Shown: positions 24,545-36,845 of the stretch, in pieces
How positions within the stretch are numbered: position 1 is the stretch's first letter
Layout: the number at the start of each line of letters is the position of its first letter
Origin: Tubulanus polymorphus
Lineage: Eukaryota; Animalia; Nemertea
DNA length: 64,000 bases
Assembly (NCBI RefSeq): GCF_964204645.1
Contig: NC_134034.1
Span: 8,630,962-8,694,961 of the forward strand
Direction of reading: 5' to 3'
Translations under genes and position numbers: made by a program
Notes under the pieces: model-generated
The model's database searches: none
What the model was told of the DNA's origin: nothing
The model's input: only the letters and a program-made list of their open reading frames with translations

Positions 24545-25810
24545 GTGTTAGCTCGAGACTTAATCGTTCGTACTAGGTTCGTACTTCGTACTGGATCTAC
24601 CAGTTGGAGACATAAACCCTGGTAAAACCTTTAACTTTGCACTTGTTCCTTTTTTTCCATGTAAAAATTATAAACTTTTTAATTTACATTTATTATTGTC
24701 ACCTATCTAATATTGTCACTCTTTTTCTTTTATTGTTTAAATAACCTAGACATTGCGTCGTCGTATGCGCAAATACCAAAAATGACAATCCTCTTAGATA
24801 GATCGAGAACTCTTACCATCGAGAGTATATACTCACTGCAGGATTGGTCTCAAGGAGACATAATGCGAACGATACAGGTATCTCACCCTCACTGCGTTCA
24901 TTACGACGCAAGATGTCCACGTGGGTGAAATCGCCCAGATCTCACGCCTTGGTCATTATGTATACGAGGTATCCTTTTCTGATCCTATGACTGTTGACAC
25001 TTTCGTCAAAGATAATAAAGATACGGAAGTTATTGCACAAAGACACCTGTCTGGATTCGACCAGGGATACGTACCTCAACATCTATGGCGCCCTTATGCA
25101 CATCTACGCATTCTATACATCAAAAAAGTTCGACTTACCATAATATACGAGGGCCAAGAAGTGCTACCCCTCTCTGCTACAATTGTAGAGAGCGGGGACA
25201 CATTGCAAGCAATTGCCCCAAACCCAAATGAACAGCCACGCCCAAGGCCGCCCACGATAACCGAAGAACCGGCTCCAACTTATGCGCAAGCCGCTATGAG
25301 CCCCTCCCTGCCCCTAGCGTGGAAGAGTCGTTGACTTTCGAATAAGAAATTCGCGCTACCCACGGTGACAATCTAACATTTGAGATCGAGGGGAATTTAA
25401 GAAAATACAGAGCACTTAATGTATTCCCAAGCCAGGATAAACAAAAAATTGACGACGAAATGACAAAAATCCTGGATGCCCGTATTTTGGGCCCGACCAG
25501 GATGACGTCGACCCCCGCAAAAAAGACCACTATCCACACCAGAAGATGTAGAAAAGAAAAGACACGCAAGCGTCCATTACATAGATGTCTAAATGTATAG
25601 TCGAACAAATCTATTATGTACTCCCAAGCCATCATAAACAAAAAAGTGAAGACGAAATGACAGAAACCCTGGATGCCTGTGTGTCGGGTCCGACCAGGAC
25701 GACGTCGACCCCCGCCAAAAGACCACACTCGACATCAGAAGATGTAGAAAAGAGAAGACGTTCAAGCGTTCATTGCATAGACGTCTGAATGTCTAGTCGA
25801 ACAAACCCCA
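24545..25810 (+). mobile_element. Tx1/L1-like LINE 5' UTR and ORF1, third copy, with duplicated ORF1 C-terminus
   Basis: EIAQISRLGHYVYEVSF and KKVRLTIIYEG match the other copies. About 180 bp is tandemly duplicated (GACGAAATGACA...CATAGA(T/C)GTCT) in 25410-25810. Confidence 0.7.
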
Positions 25811-26589
25811 TCTGTATTTTCTCCTTAAATACGGACCAAAATTACGAATATTGCAAACCAATTGAAACAATATAAAAATACAATAATGCTACTCGAGGAA
25901 ACGCAAGTGTCTGAAAATGTATAAGAAAATGCTCATTATAGGGAACAACCAAATTACTTAATGTAGTGGATAGATAGATGAACCAAGGATGGAAGGACGT
26001 AAAGTGAACGGAATAGCTAGATGGAAATAAAATACCATGCGAGTTAAAAGTAGGAAAAATGTTACTCAACTGTAATAACTACGAAGGAATTGAGAATCGA
26101 ATGGTCGAGTGTGGAGACCAGTAGCTTTGAATTACATCAATTGAGGTAATCAGGCTAGGGATGTTGACCCATAAATGGTCAAGTCTGGAGCCGCTGCGAT
26201 ATGATGGGGGGAAACGAGTTACTGGAAGCCATAATACTTGAATATTTTGATAACCACAACAGGAACATTCATGTATGGTGTTGCTTGAATGAGTCGTTCA
26301 ATGAGAAACTTTATTACATGGAAGTTACGAGCTTGTTCTGGAGTTATGTAGAGAGTAGCAATAAGTAACTGCATAGAGTAAGTACGGATGCATGCAATCA
26401 AGTGGTCTTTTTCCATGATGTCGAAGTTCCTTGTCCGTCAGTATCATACGAAACAAGTTACATATTAACTCGACATGTAGCAGCTGACACGGAGTAGCTC
26501 CGACACTGTGCACAGAGCACACAATCCGGAGCACTCCTCCTGGGAAACATATCAGTCATGTGATTTAATAAAATGGTGGCATGATAAGA

Positions 26590-27014
26590 CAAAAACCCAC
26601 TATCTACAGATTAAAAGAATTTAAAAACAAGAATTTATTTATTCAATCTAAAATATATATAAGACACGACGTTTCGATCTCACTCTAGAGATCATCGTGA
26701 GGTGTGAGATAAAGACTAAAAACAGGGGTATATATACAGAGGAGAACAGGTTAATTGAGTAAATTGGTGAGTGAGTAAATAATTAGTGTTTGGCAAGGCA
26801 CGAAGCAATATACTTAGAAAGAAGGGAATTGTGCGGAGAAAAGCCATTATTCAAATTGGTACTAATATCTGGGTGACGAGTAATTAGGGCAGACTCAACT
26901 GACAGACTCATGTGGATTTAGTGTAATTGCTGGAGGTATAAATAAGTTCGGCTTTATCAAAATTAAAAACGATGACCAGTGTTCCAAACGTGATTGGCTA
27001 CGTCACTAGCCGGT
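26590..27014 (-). mobile_element. Penelope-like element 3' fragment (end of GIY-YIG region plus 3' tail)
   Basis: The minus strand reads VANHVWNTGHRF..FDKAELIY...ESALIT...NLNNGF, followed by a hammerhead-like motif and AATAAA. Confidence 0.75.
26664..26705 (-). ncRNA. Minimal type I hammerhead ribozyme of Penelope, probably inactive
   Basis: Minus strand ACAC CTCACGA T GATCTC tagagt GAGATC GAAAC GTC GTGT. Helices I and II pair, but the core has G5>C (CUCACGA instead of CUGANGA). Confidence 0.65.
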
Positions 27015-27380
27015 TTTTGATTTATTGTACCGGCTAGTACGGTATACCAGCCGCTGTGTCTATTTATAAAGCTTTCAATTTTGCCCTACTTTGTTTATAC
27101 AACCTGACGTCAATTCACCGATAAGGAGCGTCGTGACCTGGATCGATTTTATTTATACACCCGCCAGCAAAGTCGAACAAAAACAAGTCCCTGGGGTTGC
27201 CAGGACTACCAGGCATACATACAAGCCGTATAACCTTTATACATTGCCATTTAGATAGTACGGGGATATATACCTTACCCCACTGTTACCTGAGGTAACA
27301 GCCCGCAAATTTGAAGCGTTCGACGACTATTACCTCGGTAAATTTAACCACCTTCAACACTGAGGAGAGATCAACAGAGA

Positions 27381-28138
27381 ATGCAGGAGTTCATCACCAA
27401 AAGAAGGGCACTGGAAAATGATCGCCCTGAATCGAAGACTTCTGAAACCTCTGCCACGGTCAGTACAGCTAGTGTTCTATATAAACCGTTGACCGAGAAT
27501 TCTGCTGTCATGGCTGTCTGTTCTTCGAAACATGCAGATACCCAAAAAAATTGTGAGTTGATTTCTCTTGAAGTTGCATCCGAGCGAGAGAACTGTCTCA
27601 GAAAAGATTTTGAGGAAGTGTCAAGTGATTTAAGTGACCTCCTATGGAAATGAGTGCGAAAAATAAAACAATCGAAGGACAACGGAAATAGATATATGGA
27701 TTACTATCTAAAGTACACAAGCTAAAGATGCGTATTAGTACTGCCAGTGATAAATATATGAAATCATCTCAAAATACAGATAAAACAGTAGCAGATATCG
27801 GTATTCAATTTGCAGGTGTACATCCGAAAATTATGGCTGCGAAAAAACCAGCGAATCTAATGTACGAAGTTCGAGTACAAGATCCGATATCGCAAAAGTA
27901 CGCTGAACTTAGTGTTACTTGGCAGCAACCTCTTTCATCAGTTTTCGATGATATATGGAATTTATACGATTTAAACATAATAGCTTTTACGTATGTGGAC
28001 CCGAGAAGCAAGAAAATTTTGGATATTGAATGTAACAATTCTTTGAAATCTTTGAGTGATTTAGGTATCCTCCGCCAGTTATGGGATAAGAAGGGACGAA
28101 ATGTTATCTGGTTAGGAATGCGTTTAGGCATTAAGTGA
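27381..28138 (+). pseudogene. Disrupted ORF of unknown origin: coiled-coil region followed by a possible ubiquitin/SUMO-like fold
   Basis: Adjacent ORFs 27381-27653 and 27728-28138. The segment YEVRVQD...PLSSVFD...SLSDLGI resembles a beta-grasp pattern by eye only. Confidence 0.3.
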
Positions 28139-28249
28139 TTACTGTTCACTGTTTGTTCATTATGATAATTATCAAATATGTATTCATAATTATTCCTGAG
28201 AGATTGTATACTGATATTCTTGTAGAATTATAAATAATTTTCCTTTTTG

Positions 28250-28850
28250 TTTTCCGGGACGAAAACTTTCAGAACGTAATGGAGGAGGATTTAACAACAC
28301 TAAATGTCCATCATAATTGTTGTATACATTGCATCTATATTCTTTATTCCTTTAATGTTTAAATGTTTACGTGTAATAGCTCTTGAGACAGTTTGTCTGT
28401 GTCTAATGCGTTAATTGTTGTTTTTCTCACTGTCATGTCACTCATGTTAAGCACTTAAAAGAACAAATTAATAAATATAATTATATAGAAATAAACGACA
28501 CCAAATACACTCCCGAGCTAACACTCTCCGAGAAAATGAAAACAGCCCCCAATACATTAGAAAACATTTGGACACAAACAACAAAAAATCACAAATTGAT
28601 TCCTCCAAGATGAAAACCTTATAGTACACAACAACTGTGAAAAACTGCGGAATAATTCTACCAGGAAGTGTATTCGAAACAAAGGTTAAATCAAATAGAC
28701 CAAGAAACCATCACATCACATATTGTCAAGAAATTGACGGACGAACTTAAGAGAACTCATCTCAATAGACGAGGCTTTAACGCTCTAAAGGGAATGAGTA
28801 ATAATAAATCATCAGGTCTGGATGGACTAACCGAAGAATTTTACTTAAAC
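28250..28850 (+). mobile_element. Tx1/L1-like LINE fragments (3' UTR piece and an ORF2 middle piece)
   Basis: FYQEVYSK...MSNNKSSGLDGLTEEFY. The segment 28291-28445 matches the repeat at 7930-8103. Confidence 0.6.
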
Positions 28851-29054
28851 CCTGCGGACAGACGGAAGACCAGTTTGACTTTGGTTTTCCTCGCTGTCGG
28901 ACGTGCTTGTGCAGTTGTGGTGATTCACAGCTTGGCTTTGTGCTGTGACCATGTACTTCGTGTTGAACTGTGTCCTCCGTTGTGCAGTTTGGAGTCTGTC
29001 TTCCGGGGTATTCCACTGTGTGTGGAATAGGGAATAGTCAGCTGCGTGTGTTTG

Positions 29055-29285
29055 CAATGTGTTTGGATAGATTTTTGAAGCACACTGTGTGCAGGCGTCC
29101 AATGTGTTTGGACCAAATATTTTAGCGATCCAGTGTATTTGGATAGATTTTGAAGCCCACTGTGTGCGGGCGTCCAATGTGTTTGGACCAAAGTTTTAAC
29201 GATCCAATGTATTTGGATAGATTTTGAAGCCCACCGTGTGCGGGCGTCAAAATTGTTTGGACAAAATTGCTGTAGCCACTGTGTA
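29055..29285. repeat. Tandem repeat, unit about 75 bp, three copies
   Basis: CAATGTGTTTGGATAGATTTTGAAGCCCACTGTGTGCGGGCGTCCAATGTGTTTGGACCAAA repeated. Confidence 0.85.
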
Positions 29286-29599
29286 TGGACAAGAGGCTGT
29301 GCGCGTCATAGGATGGTGTGTCTTGTTGCCTGCTGGGTGCGGGATGAAAGGCTGTGTGCCCTGCCCCGGAGTCCGCTGGTGTGAGAAAAGAATGGAAGAA
29401 TCGTTACGTTTTGAAATAAAAAGTAATTATGGCTAAATGAATTTTACATATTACGCAGAAAATATTACAATATTCTCACTACGTGGAGCTGTGAACAGAC
29501 AGGAGAAATCAGCTTTGCATTGGTTGAATTGGTTAGGCAAGCTCAACTGTTGAGTGGAGTTAGACCAGGAGATTAAGTTAAAAAAGAAAACCCCATTGT

Positions 29600-31375
29600 A
29601 GGTGTGATGTATTATTATTGGATTTATATCGCCTGTTAGCGGACGGGATCTACCAGAGACATCTGCCCCGATGAAACCTCTTATTCTGTATTGTACTCGT
29701 CTCCGTTTCTTTTTCTTACTGAAAATTAAAATTTATTCACTTTTTAACTTTGTGTATTGTCACCTGTTATGTATTGCTAACATGTTTGTCTCTCTCGCTC
29801 AGGGATCACGACTACCCTCCTCGACAGGTCAGCCACACTGATCTTAGAACCCGATCCTGATGGTAATAACAACAATCATATTACCCAGACAGAAGTAATA
29901 AAACTCATTGAGAGTACGACATGGACTTATCCGAAATATCACAAGTGTCAAGAACGATGGTACATTTGAGGTCAGTTTCACGGATGCCAGAACTATGTGC
30001 GGCTTTCTTGCCGATACAAATTACAGGATACCCCTTATCAAAGGCACCCGCATAAAGTTTTAACGGGCCCCAAATGTCACATCGGATACAGACTACACAT
30101 ATACGGTGCCCATTCGAACTTATTAGCAGAGATATTGACAAAAAGCTCTCAGAAAAGTACGGGTCTAAATCTTTTTCGCATAAGGGGGTGTCCTAATAGA
30201 TTACCCTCAGGAATTTTCTGGAGTACGTCATTTCAAAGGCTATATTGAGAAACCGATTTCCCGTTAAGAAAACGAGAATCGCGATAAAATACGAGGGAAA
30301 AATATTTCGACCGCCTTTATGCTATGTGTGCCTTGAGAGGGGGTACATAGTAGAAGATTGCATGAAAGATACAGCCACAGCACCCGCTCAGCAGGAACCA
30401 TCATATGCCCAAGCTGTGTTAACACCACACAACCCACTGAACTCACCTTGGACGTGGACGATAACTTTAAAAACTATAAGGACATGATCGACTTACCGAT
30501 CTATCACCCTATGATACGCTCACGTAATTCGTGCGATGCCAGAGCTGAACCTCGTGTGTCGAGCCATGCTCTAACGTCAACCACAAAGAGACTAGACCCG
30601 AAGACAAATAGATACAAGAAGAAAACCTCTAGCTTCAAAGAACATCCACTTCATTGACGTCTAAACTATCAACCAAAACCTAAACTATGGATATGAATCT
30701 TCTAAACGTGGTAACCCTCAATACTTAGGGCCTCCCAACCAAAAATCCTGACGAATTAAATAATCTAGAACACCAATCATACTACTTACGGAAACCCACA
30801 GCCCCCCTGAAAGATCGATTAAATACCTTGAAAAAAAACTAACAACGTTTATTCAATAATACTGGCACTAAACGGCAAGCTAGAACCATGTTTCTAATCT
30901 CCGACACAATAGCAGCTGAACAGCATATAACATTTCGGGTTCTAATACTAAGAAGACTGTCGCAATTTAACTAGCAAAACTAGTTACTTAAAATTAAGAA
31001 TAATGCATATATACAACCCGGCTATATAAAACAGCAAAAAGTTAGCGTTGATACCCCCCCCCCCCACTATTTTTGCTGGGGATTTTAATCTCATACCCAC
31101 CCCCTAGACAGTTCAAGAAATAAGTGACACCCCAGCTACACACGAATTCGAGAGTATTTTTATCAATTTTTGGAAAAAAATAACCTCAAAGATATATTTA
31201 GACACCAGAATCCTTATAAAACTGTCTATACGTGAATGCCTAGATGAAAATCTGTCCACAGACTCGCCTCTCTAGCCGTCTAGACAGATTCCATACTGAC
31301 GACGGACGTATCTTAGAAACAACCATAAGACATATACCAATAGCTTTTAGCGACCACCAAGGAGCCTAAGTCGAA
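29600..31375 (+). mobile_element. Tx1/L1-like LINE 5' UTR, ORF1 and endonuclease, fourth copy
   Basis: KTRIAIKYEG..PPLCYVCLERGYIVEDC; APE AGDFN, SRLDRF, FSDHQ. Colinear with 11.3-13.1 kb. Confidence 0.8.
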
Positions 31376-32559
31376 ATCACTACTCGTCACTCGAAACCTA
31401 AACACATAAATCGCACCTACATGCAAATATGCAAGATTTACGAACCCCATAATCTTCCTTTGCATGCTTATATATGTATCCAGGCATGCACTGTTATATT
31501 CGAAGGAAAGAATCCGATGGCATTTCTCTTTTTCCAATCGTTTCTACGAAACTATGTTTAAACCATTGACTGTCAGATATCTGACAGTGATCGCCAGTCA
31601 CGGCATTTAAAAAAAGTCGAAAATGTCCTATCTGTATACGTATAATGCATACCGCAATACATTTTAGACGAATATTTATATTCTCCCCGTTCTATGCATA
31701 TACCGGTACTCCCTGAATACACCTTAGTGTAAACTCGCACCACTCTTATCTTCCAATTGCCTCGACATGGGCAACAAAAATATGCAAAGGTTGGTCTACA
31801 TGGTGCCGTGCTTGCATACTATAGCTAGAAAAAGCATAGAACAGATAGCACATCCCAGCTGTTTCCTTTAGACGAAACTCCTTACTAATCAGATCAGATC
31901 AAATGCACTTTTTACATTTAAGCAATTACTCCTGCTCAATAGACCATGGTTCCAATTGTTCCCCTCCAACTTAACATAAGAGCACATGGTTGTTAATGTG
32001 TGTACAGCTTACCAAAATAGCCAAGTTTTTTTCGGTCAAACAAATTTCGTTATTTCCTCAAGAATGAAATTGGGCTCAGTGAACCTGCAAAGAAAGAGTT
32101 CTGGAATTCCCAAATCAACTGTTTCATCAAGTGCATTCTGTAACACTGATGCAGTTCTAATGAACTTCAACCAATATGCTGTAGCTGCATTCAAGGATTT
32201 ATCCTGACCCATCACTTATAGCTTCTTTGATTCACACTCGCATAACAAACATGGTTTGGCTCCGAGTGAAGGAACATAAGTACTGTTATCTTTATATACT
32301 GTCATATTATATTCATTGCCGATTTTAAGTACATTCCCACCATTTCAGCAGACACTTGTCAGTTCGAAATTCAGCCTTTTCACAAACTGTCAGTATAACA
32401 ATCAATGTGAATTATTATTTGTTGTTTGGAATTTTAAAAAAAACAACTGATAATTTTCGGCCTCAAAAGTTGTCTCACAAATATAATTAAGACTTCAGAT
32501 GCGAAATAAGAGGAGAAATTAAGCTTATAATATATCAGAAAATTATTACGAAGGCATCG

Positions 32560-33057
32560 TACACAATCATTTTCAACCCTATCTTCAACCATCCCAAGCA
32601 CTCAAGACGATAACCCATTGAAGAAACTAAGACGAAAACGAGAAGCGTTGGATGATGAGATAATCAAATGAAAATTTGAAACAAACCACTCAATATGATT
32701 CGACAATATTATGTACTGCCATACAGATTTTCATCAATACTAGTGGCGGACCTGTATATGTATGCACCTTTTGTCACCAAACCCGGTTCCTACATTCTGT
32801 TTCTCTTGCCACTTCAACAAAATAGATGAAAATTATCGAACTGGTTATACATCTGTAAATAACAGTGAATGGTTATGCAATACATGCTCACGTAGCATTA
32901 ATAGTGATAAAGTTCCTAAAGTACTATCTATTTGTAACAGTATGGATTTCCTCGTTAAGAGTTAGATCTCCATCAATTAGAAGAAAGGCTTGTTGCTCTT
33001 CGTCTTCCATTTATGCAAATACGTGAATTAGCTCGAGGACGCCAAAACCTGTATGAA
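32560..33057 (+). mobile_element. Helitron (Helentron-like) Rep/helicase gene, N-terminal part
   Basis: GPVYVCTFCHQ, EWLCNTC, LEERLVALRLPFMQIRELARGRQ. It joins MKGNVVNVP at 41280 when the Sola2 element is removed. Confidence 0.8.
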
Positions 33058-33629
33058 GGGTCATTCCGTGTAATATGGACCAAGGCTTGCCCACTCATAG
33101 TCTTAGAATGTCTTCAAACCTTGTGTATGAGGCCATTATAAACAAGTGGCCAAAATTTTGGCTTAATCGCTTCAATACTTTTGGAAATACAGCCAGTCTT
33201 ATACCCCACCCTCAAACAGGCCTAATTTTTGTTGACGAACTGGCAACTTCATGTCCATTTTTCTTTGCTTGTATTAGGCAAGGAACTGATATACTTTAAA
33301 AATCTACAGTATGGGGTAAGTTCTTTTGGACAAATAGAACATATTCATGTTCAACTCGATAAAATCAAAATGATAAAATCCACTTTTCACCCGCTTTTGG
33401 GTACATTTTCAGTAGATTGTTTTTATGCTTTGTTATGTAATAATTCACTCATCCTTATGATTTCTAAATAGCGTGAGGGTTATTTTGTTCATATATACCT
33501 TAATTCTGGTTGTAAAGGATTATCAGAAATTTTTACGGCCTTTGACCCCACCCCTTGATCTCCAAGGGGGTTAATTTTGACCCGAATTTTCTCAAAATAA
33601 CCCCTTTATATTCTATTAAATTGAAATCG

Positions 33630-36020
33630 AAAATATGTGAGAAACTAAGCTACCTAGAATACTCAATTCTCATGTCCAAACTCAACAAAAAATGTAGACA
33701 TGAGACCAATGAAACGGAACAAAGACATCAAAGGCAACTGACAAAGCTATGGAAAGATCAACGCGCTCCAGCTCCAGACTGTTTATTAAACATCAGCGAT
33801 AGAAAACTGACGATCGAGGAAGAAAATGCACTTCGATTAGGATTGAAACATCACATTCTACCAAAGAACATCAATGAAATCCAAATTAAAACGCAGGTTG
33901 AACAACTATGGCATTTCAATAGAAGGACTATCGTTAGTGGATCAGACCGGAACATAGAGTCAAAAATAAAGGACGACTTGAGACATGCAACACAGTCGTT
34001 TTTGCATAGTGGAAAGACTATTTGTGGTTCTAGGATTAGCCAAAACTTCCATAGAACTCTTAAGGACTAAAAAAACTACTCAGATATCAAGGTTTGTTCT
34101 TTTGACAAAGGAAATTGTATAGTCATTATTAATTCAAATGAATATTTTGAAAAACTAGACAACATTGTTGTTGACAAATCTAAGTTTCAAGAAATTCTGG
34201 TCAAACCAAATTTATCGCAACCAGTGATAAGAAATGAAAATTCTATCAATAATTATCTACGAAAAAATGTAAAAGACTCGATTAGTAAAAAGGTTTATGA
34301 TTCGATTTATCCATCTGGCAGCCAACCAGGCAAACTTTGTGGCCTCTGTAAAGCTCATAAACCAGGTCTTCCTTTCAGACCTGTAGTTTCAATGTTAAAC
34401 ACAGCTGAGTTTAATTTGGCTAAATACCTTGACAATATTATCAAACCACATATTCCTTCTAATTACATGCTAGACAGTACCTCCAGTTTTTTGGAGCGAT
34501 TGAAACAATTCTATTTCAAACCTACTGATATACTGATCAGCTTTGATGTCGTGTCACTTTTTACTAATGCACCATTGGGTCAAACTATCAATATTATAGC
34601 AGACCATATCTATGGATTGACTACTAAACCAGATTTTGATAAGGATACCTTTAAACATCTCATGAAAATAGCAACAAGTGGAATCTTCATGTATCGCGAA
34701 AGATTTTTCCGATGGTAGATGGAGTTACTACCGGCAGCCCTCTAGGGCCCACTATGGCTAATTTCTGTCTGGCTTATTTTGAATCTAAGCTGCTAAATGA
34801 TTGTTCAGGGAAAAGTTTCGCGCCATCGTTATACCTACGTTATGTTGATGATATTTTCTGTGTATTCAGACGTGATTCAATACATGCATCTTTCCTGGAG
34901 AAACTAAATGCACTACACCCTAATCTTAAATTTACTTCAGAAATAGAACCGACTACACTTCCATTTCTAGATACGTATATTTCGCTCCCAACAACGGATG
35001 ATGGTACCTTCACTTCTTATGTATTTAGAAAATCAACTTACACTAGCTTGATTCTAAACTTTTCAGCTATGTATCCTCAAAAATGGAAATTTGGCTTAAT
35101 CCAATGTCTGCTCCATAGAGCATATACCACGAGCAGTAGTTGGTTTTCTCACAAGAAATTGATTTCCTAAAAAACGTTTTCCACAAAAATGGCTACCCAC
35201 AAGAATTGTTTAATTCGTGTCGTAGAAGATTTTTGAATAGCGAATGTAGTGATGATACTCCCGCTAGTATGGTCAGGGAAGATAAGGTCGAAACACTTTT
35301 TTTCGTTCCTTACATAGGCCTCCCTTCGATTATATTTGGTAGAAAACTCAAGAGTCTATTCAAACAATATTACAACGTGGATATTCGTATTGTCTTTACT
35401 TCTTTCAAAATTAGGAACTACTTTTCACTCAAGTCCCATATTCCTTCACCCTTGTTGGCCAATGTTATTTATAAATTCAAATGTTTGCGTGATGGAAATA
35501 ACACATACATTGGTAAAACAATGCGACATTTGGCCACGAGGGTAAAGGAGCACGGAACTTCGCCTTCAGCAATTAAGGAACATTTAACTTCATGTAAAAA
35601 TTGTGCATCAAATCTTTCTTTAAAAAACAACTTTTCAATGGTTGATTCTGGAAAAATGACTTTGAAATCACCATCAAAGAGGCATTATATATAAAATACA
35701 AAAAAACCAAGTATTAACAAACAACTTTCTACACATGGTGTCTCATTTTTACTGAACGTATTTTGATATGTTGATAATCCATTTGTACTTTGTAAACTAG
35801 GCCACTTCACGCCTGCATGATATTCTCTGTAATTACTAACAGTACATACCTAGTTTGTATCTTTTCATGTCATTTCTTGAAAAGGACTCGAAGAGATGAG
35901 TCGAAATCGATCGAAACGTTTGAACATGTAAATAAACTCATTATCATCATGAAGATTGTGATAGTTGCGTTCTTATTATTATTTAACTATCTGGATACTC
36001 TTCCGAAATTATATAATTCA
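33630..36020 (+). mobile_element. Penelope-like element, near-complete ORF (RT plus GIY-YIG), decayed
   Basis: PFRPVVS, SFDVVSLFTN, DGVTTGSPLGP, YLRYVDD, LPFLD, VFRKST, NGYP, VIYKFKC...YIGKTMRHLATRVKEH. Frameshifted. Confidence 0.92.
35873..35916 (+). ncRNA. Minimal type I hammerhead ribozyme (U3-A8 core variant) in the Penelope 3' region
   Basis: TTTC TTGAAAA G GACTC gaagagat GAGTC GAAA TCGA TC GAAA: helix I TTTC/GAAA, helix II GACTC/GAGTC, palindromic helix III region ATCGAT, cleavage triplet AUC. Confidence 0.6.
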
Positions 36021-36089
36021 ACTTGTTTTGTTAAAAACAAGAGAAAATGTTTTTCAAGGACAAAAGATTTGTTACAACCGTATAAAAAA

Positions 36090-36566
36090 ATGAATGGTTC
36101 GTTGGATTTGAGAAGTGACGCAGAAGATTCCGTAGATGTTTGTGATAATGATACTTCTTACGCCAGTGTAGAAGCATTGAATAATAGTTTCATGTCTGTT
36201 GGTGTTTCACCACTCAAATACGTTGAAGAAGTAAGAAAAGGAAATTATGGCAAAAGAAAATTAAGAGAATTCGAGGGAGCAGCAACAAGACATGTGGCCT
36301 CTCATTTAGGAGTTCCTCCGAGTAAATTGCGTCGCGAAGAGCCCGTTATTTCTCATTGTTCGAGTAAAGATGGTATTGCTGATCCACATGGGCCAGCAAG
36401 ATCGTTTGCTTGGCCCGGACGGCAAGATTCCTGTTGGATTCCATTTTCCGATGTCTTGATGAAGCTGCAAATACCTACGACTGTAACAGGAAGACAGTAC
36501 TCAATTGCAGACACTGATCGAGTGACCATCATGGACGAGCTGGTAAAACATTCTACTACTCATTAG
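36090..36566 (+). pseudogene. Sola2 transposase remnant (N- and C-terminal pieces fused by deletion)
   Basis: GVSPLK...YGKRKL joined to PHGPARSFAWPGRQDSCWIP...TGRQYS. No catalytic core. Lies inside the Sola2 TIRs. Confidence 0.65.
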
Positions 36567-36845
36567 GTCAGTGTGTTTAATTATACTTTTTCATAAGTTT
36601 GTTACTGGATTTGCAGTGTTTACCACCATGCTTTCTTTAAACAAATAAGGGCAATAAGTAGGAAAAATTATCAGATCAGGTTCTTCCAGAAAATCTCTTT
36701 TTTCTATGCTCAAGCTCATATCTCGAGAAAACTTATCACATACAAAATAATAATGCGTTATAACCTTTTTGGTTGTAGTTTTTAAACAAGTTTATGCAGC
36801 TTCACTTAAGAATGTTTACTTTATACCATAGAACTCACATCCAAA

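Noticed and set aside
26219-26534. Possible minus-strand endonuclease fragment (LIATLYITP)
   Set aside because: Only weak resemblance to APE motifs; GDFN and SDH are not seen.
31700-32300. Possible minus-strand transposase fragment (FLCRF...)
   Set aside because: Too many stops and no second diagnostic motif, so it cannot be assigned.
35817-36090. N-terminus of the 249-aa ORF as a signal or membrane segment
   Set aside because: The frame runs by chance through the Penelope 3' tail into the Sola2 remnant, so it is chimeric.
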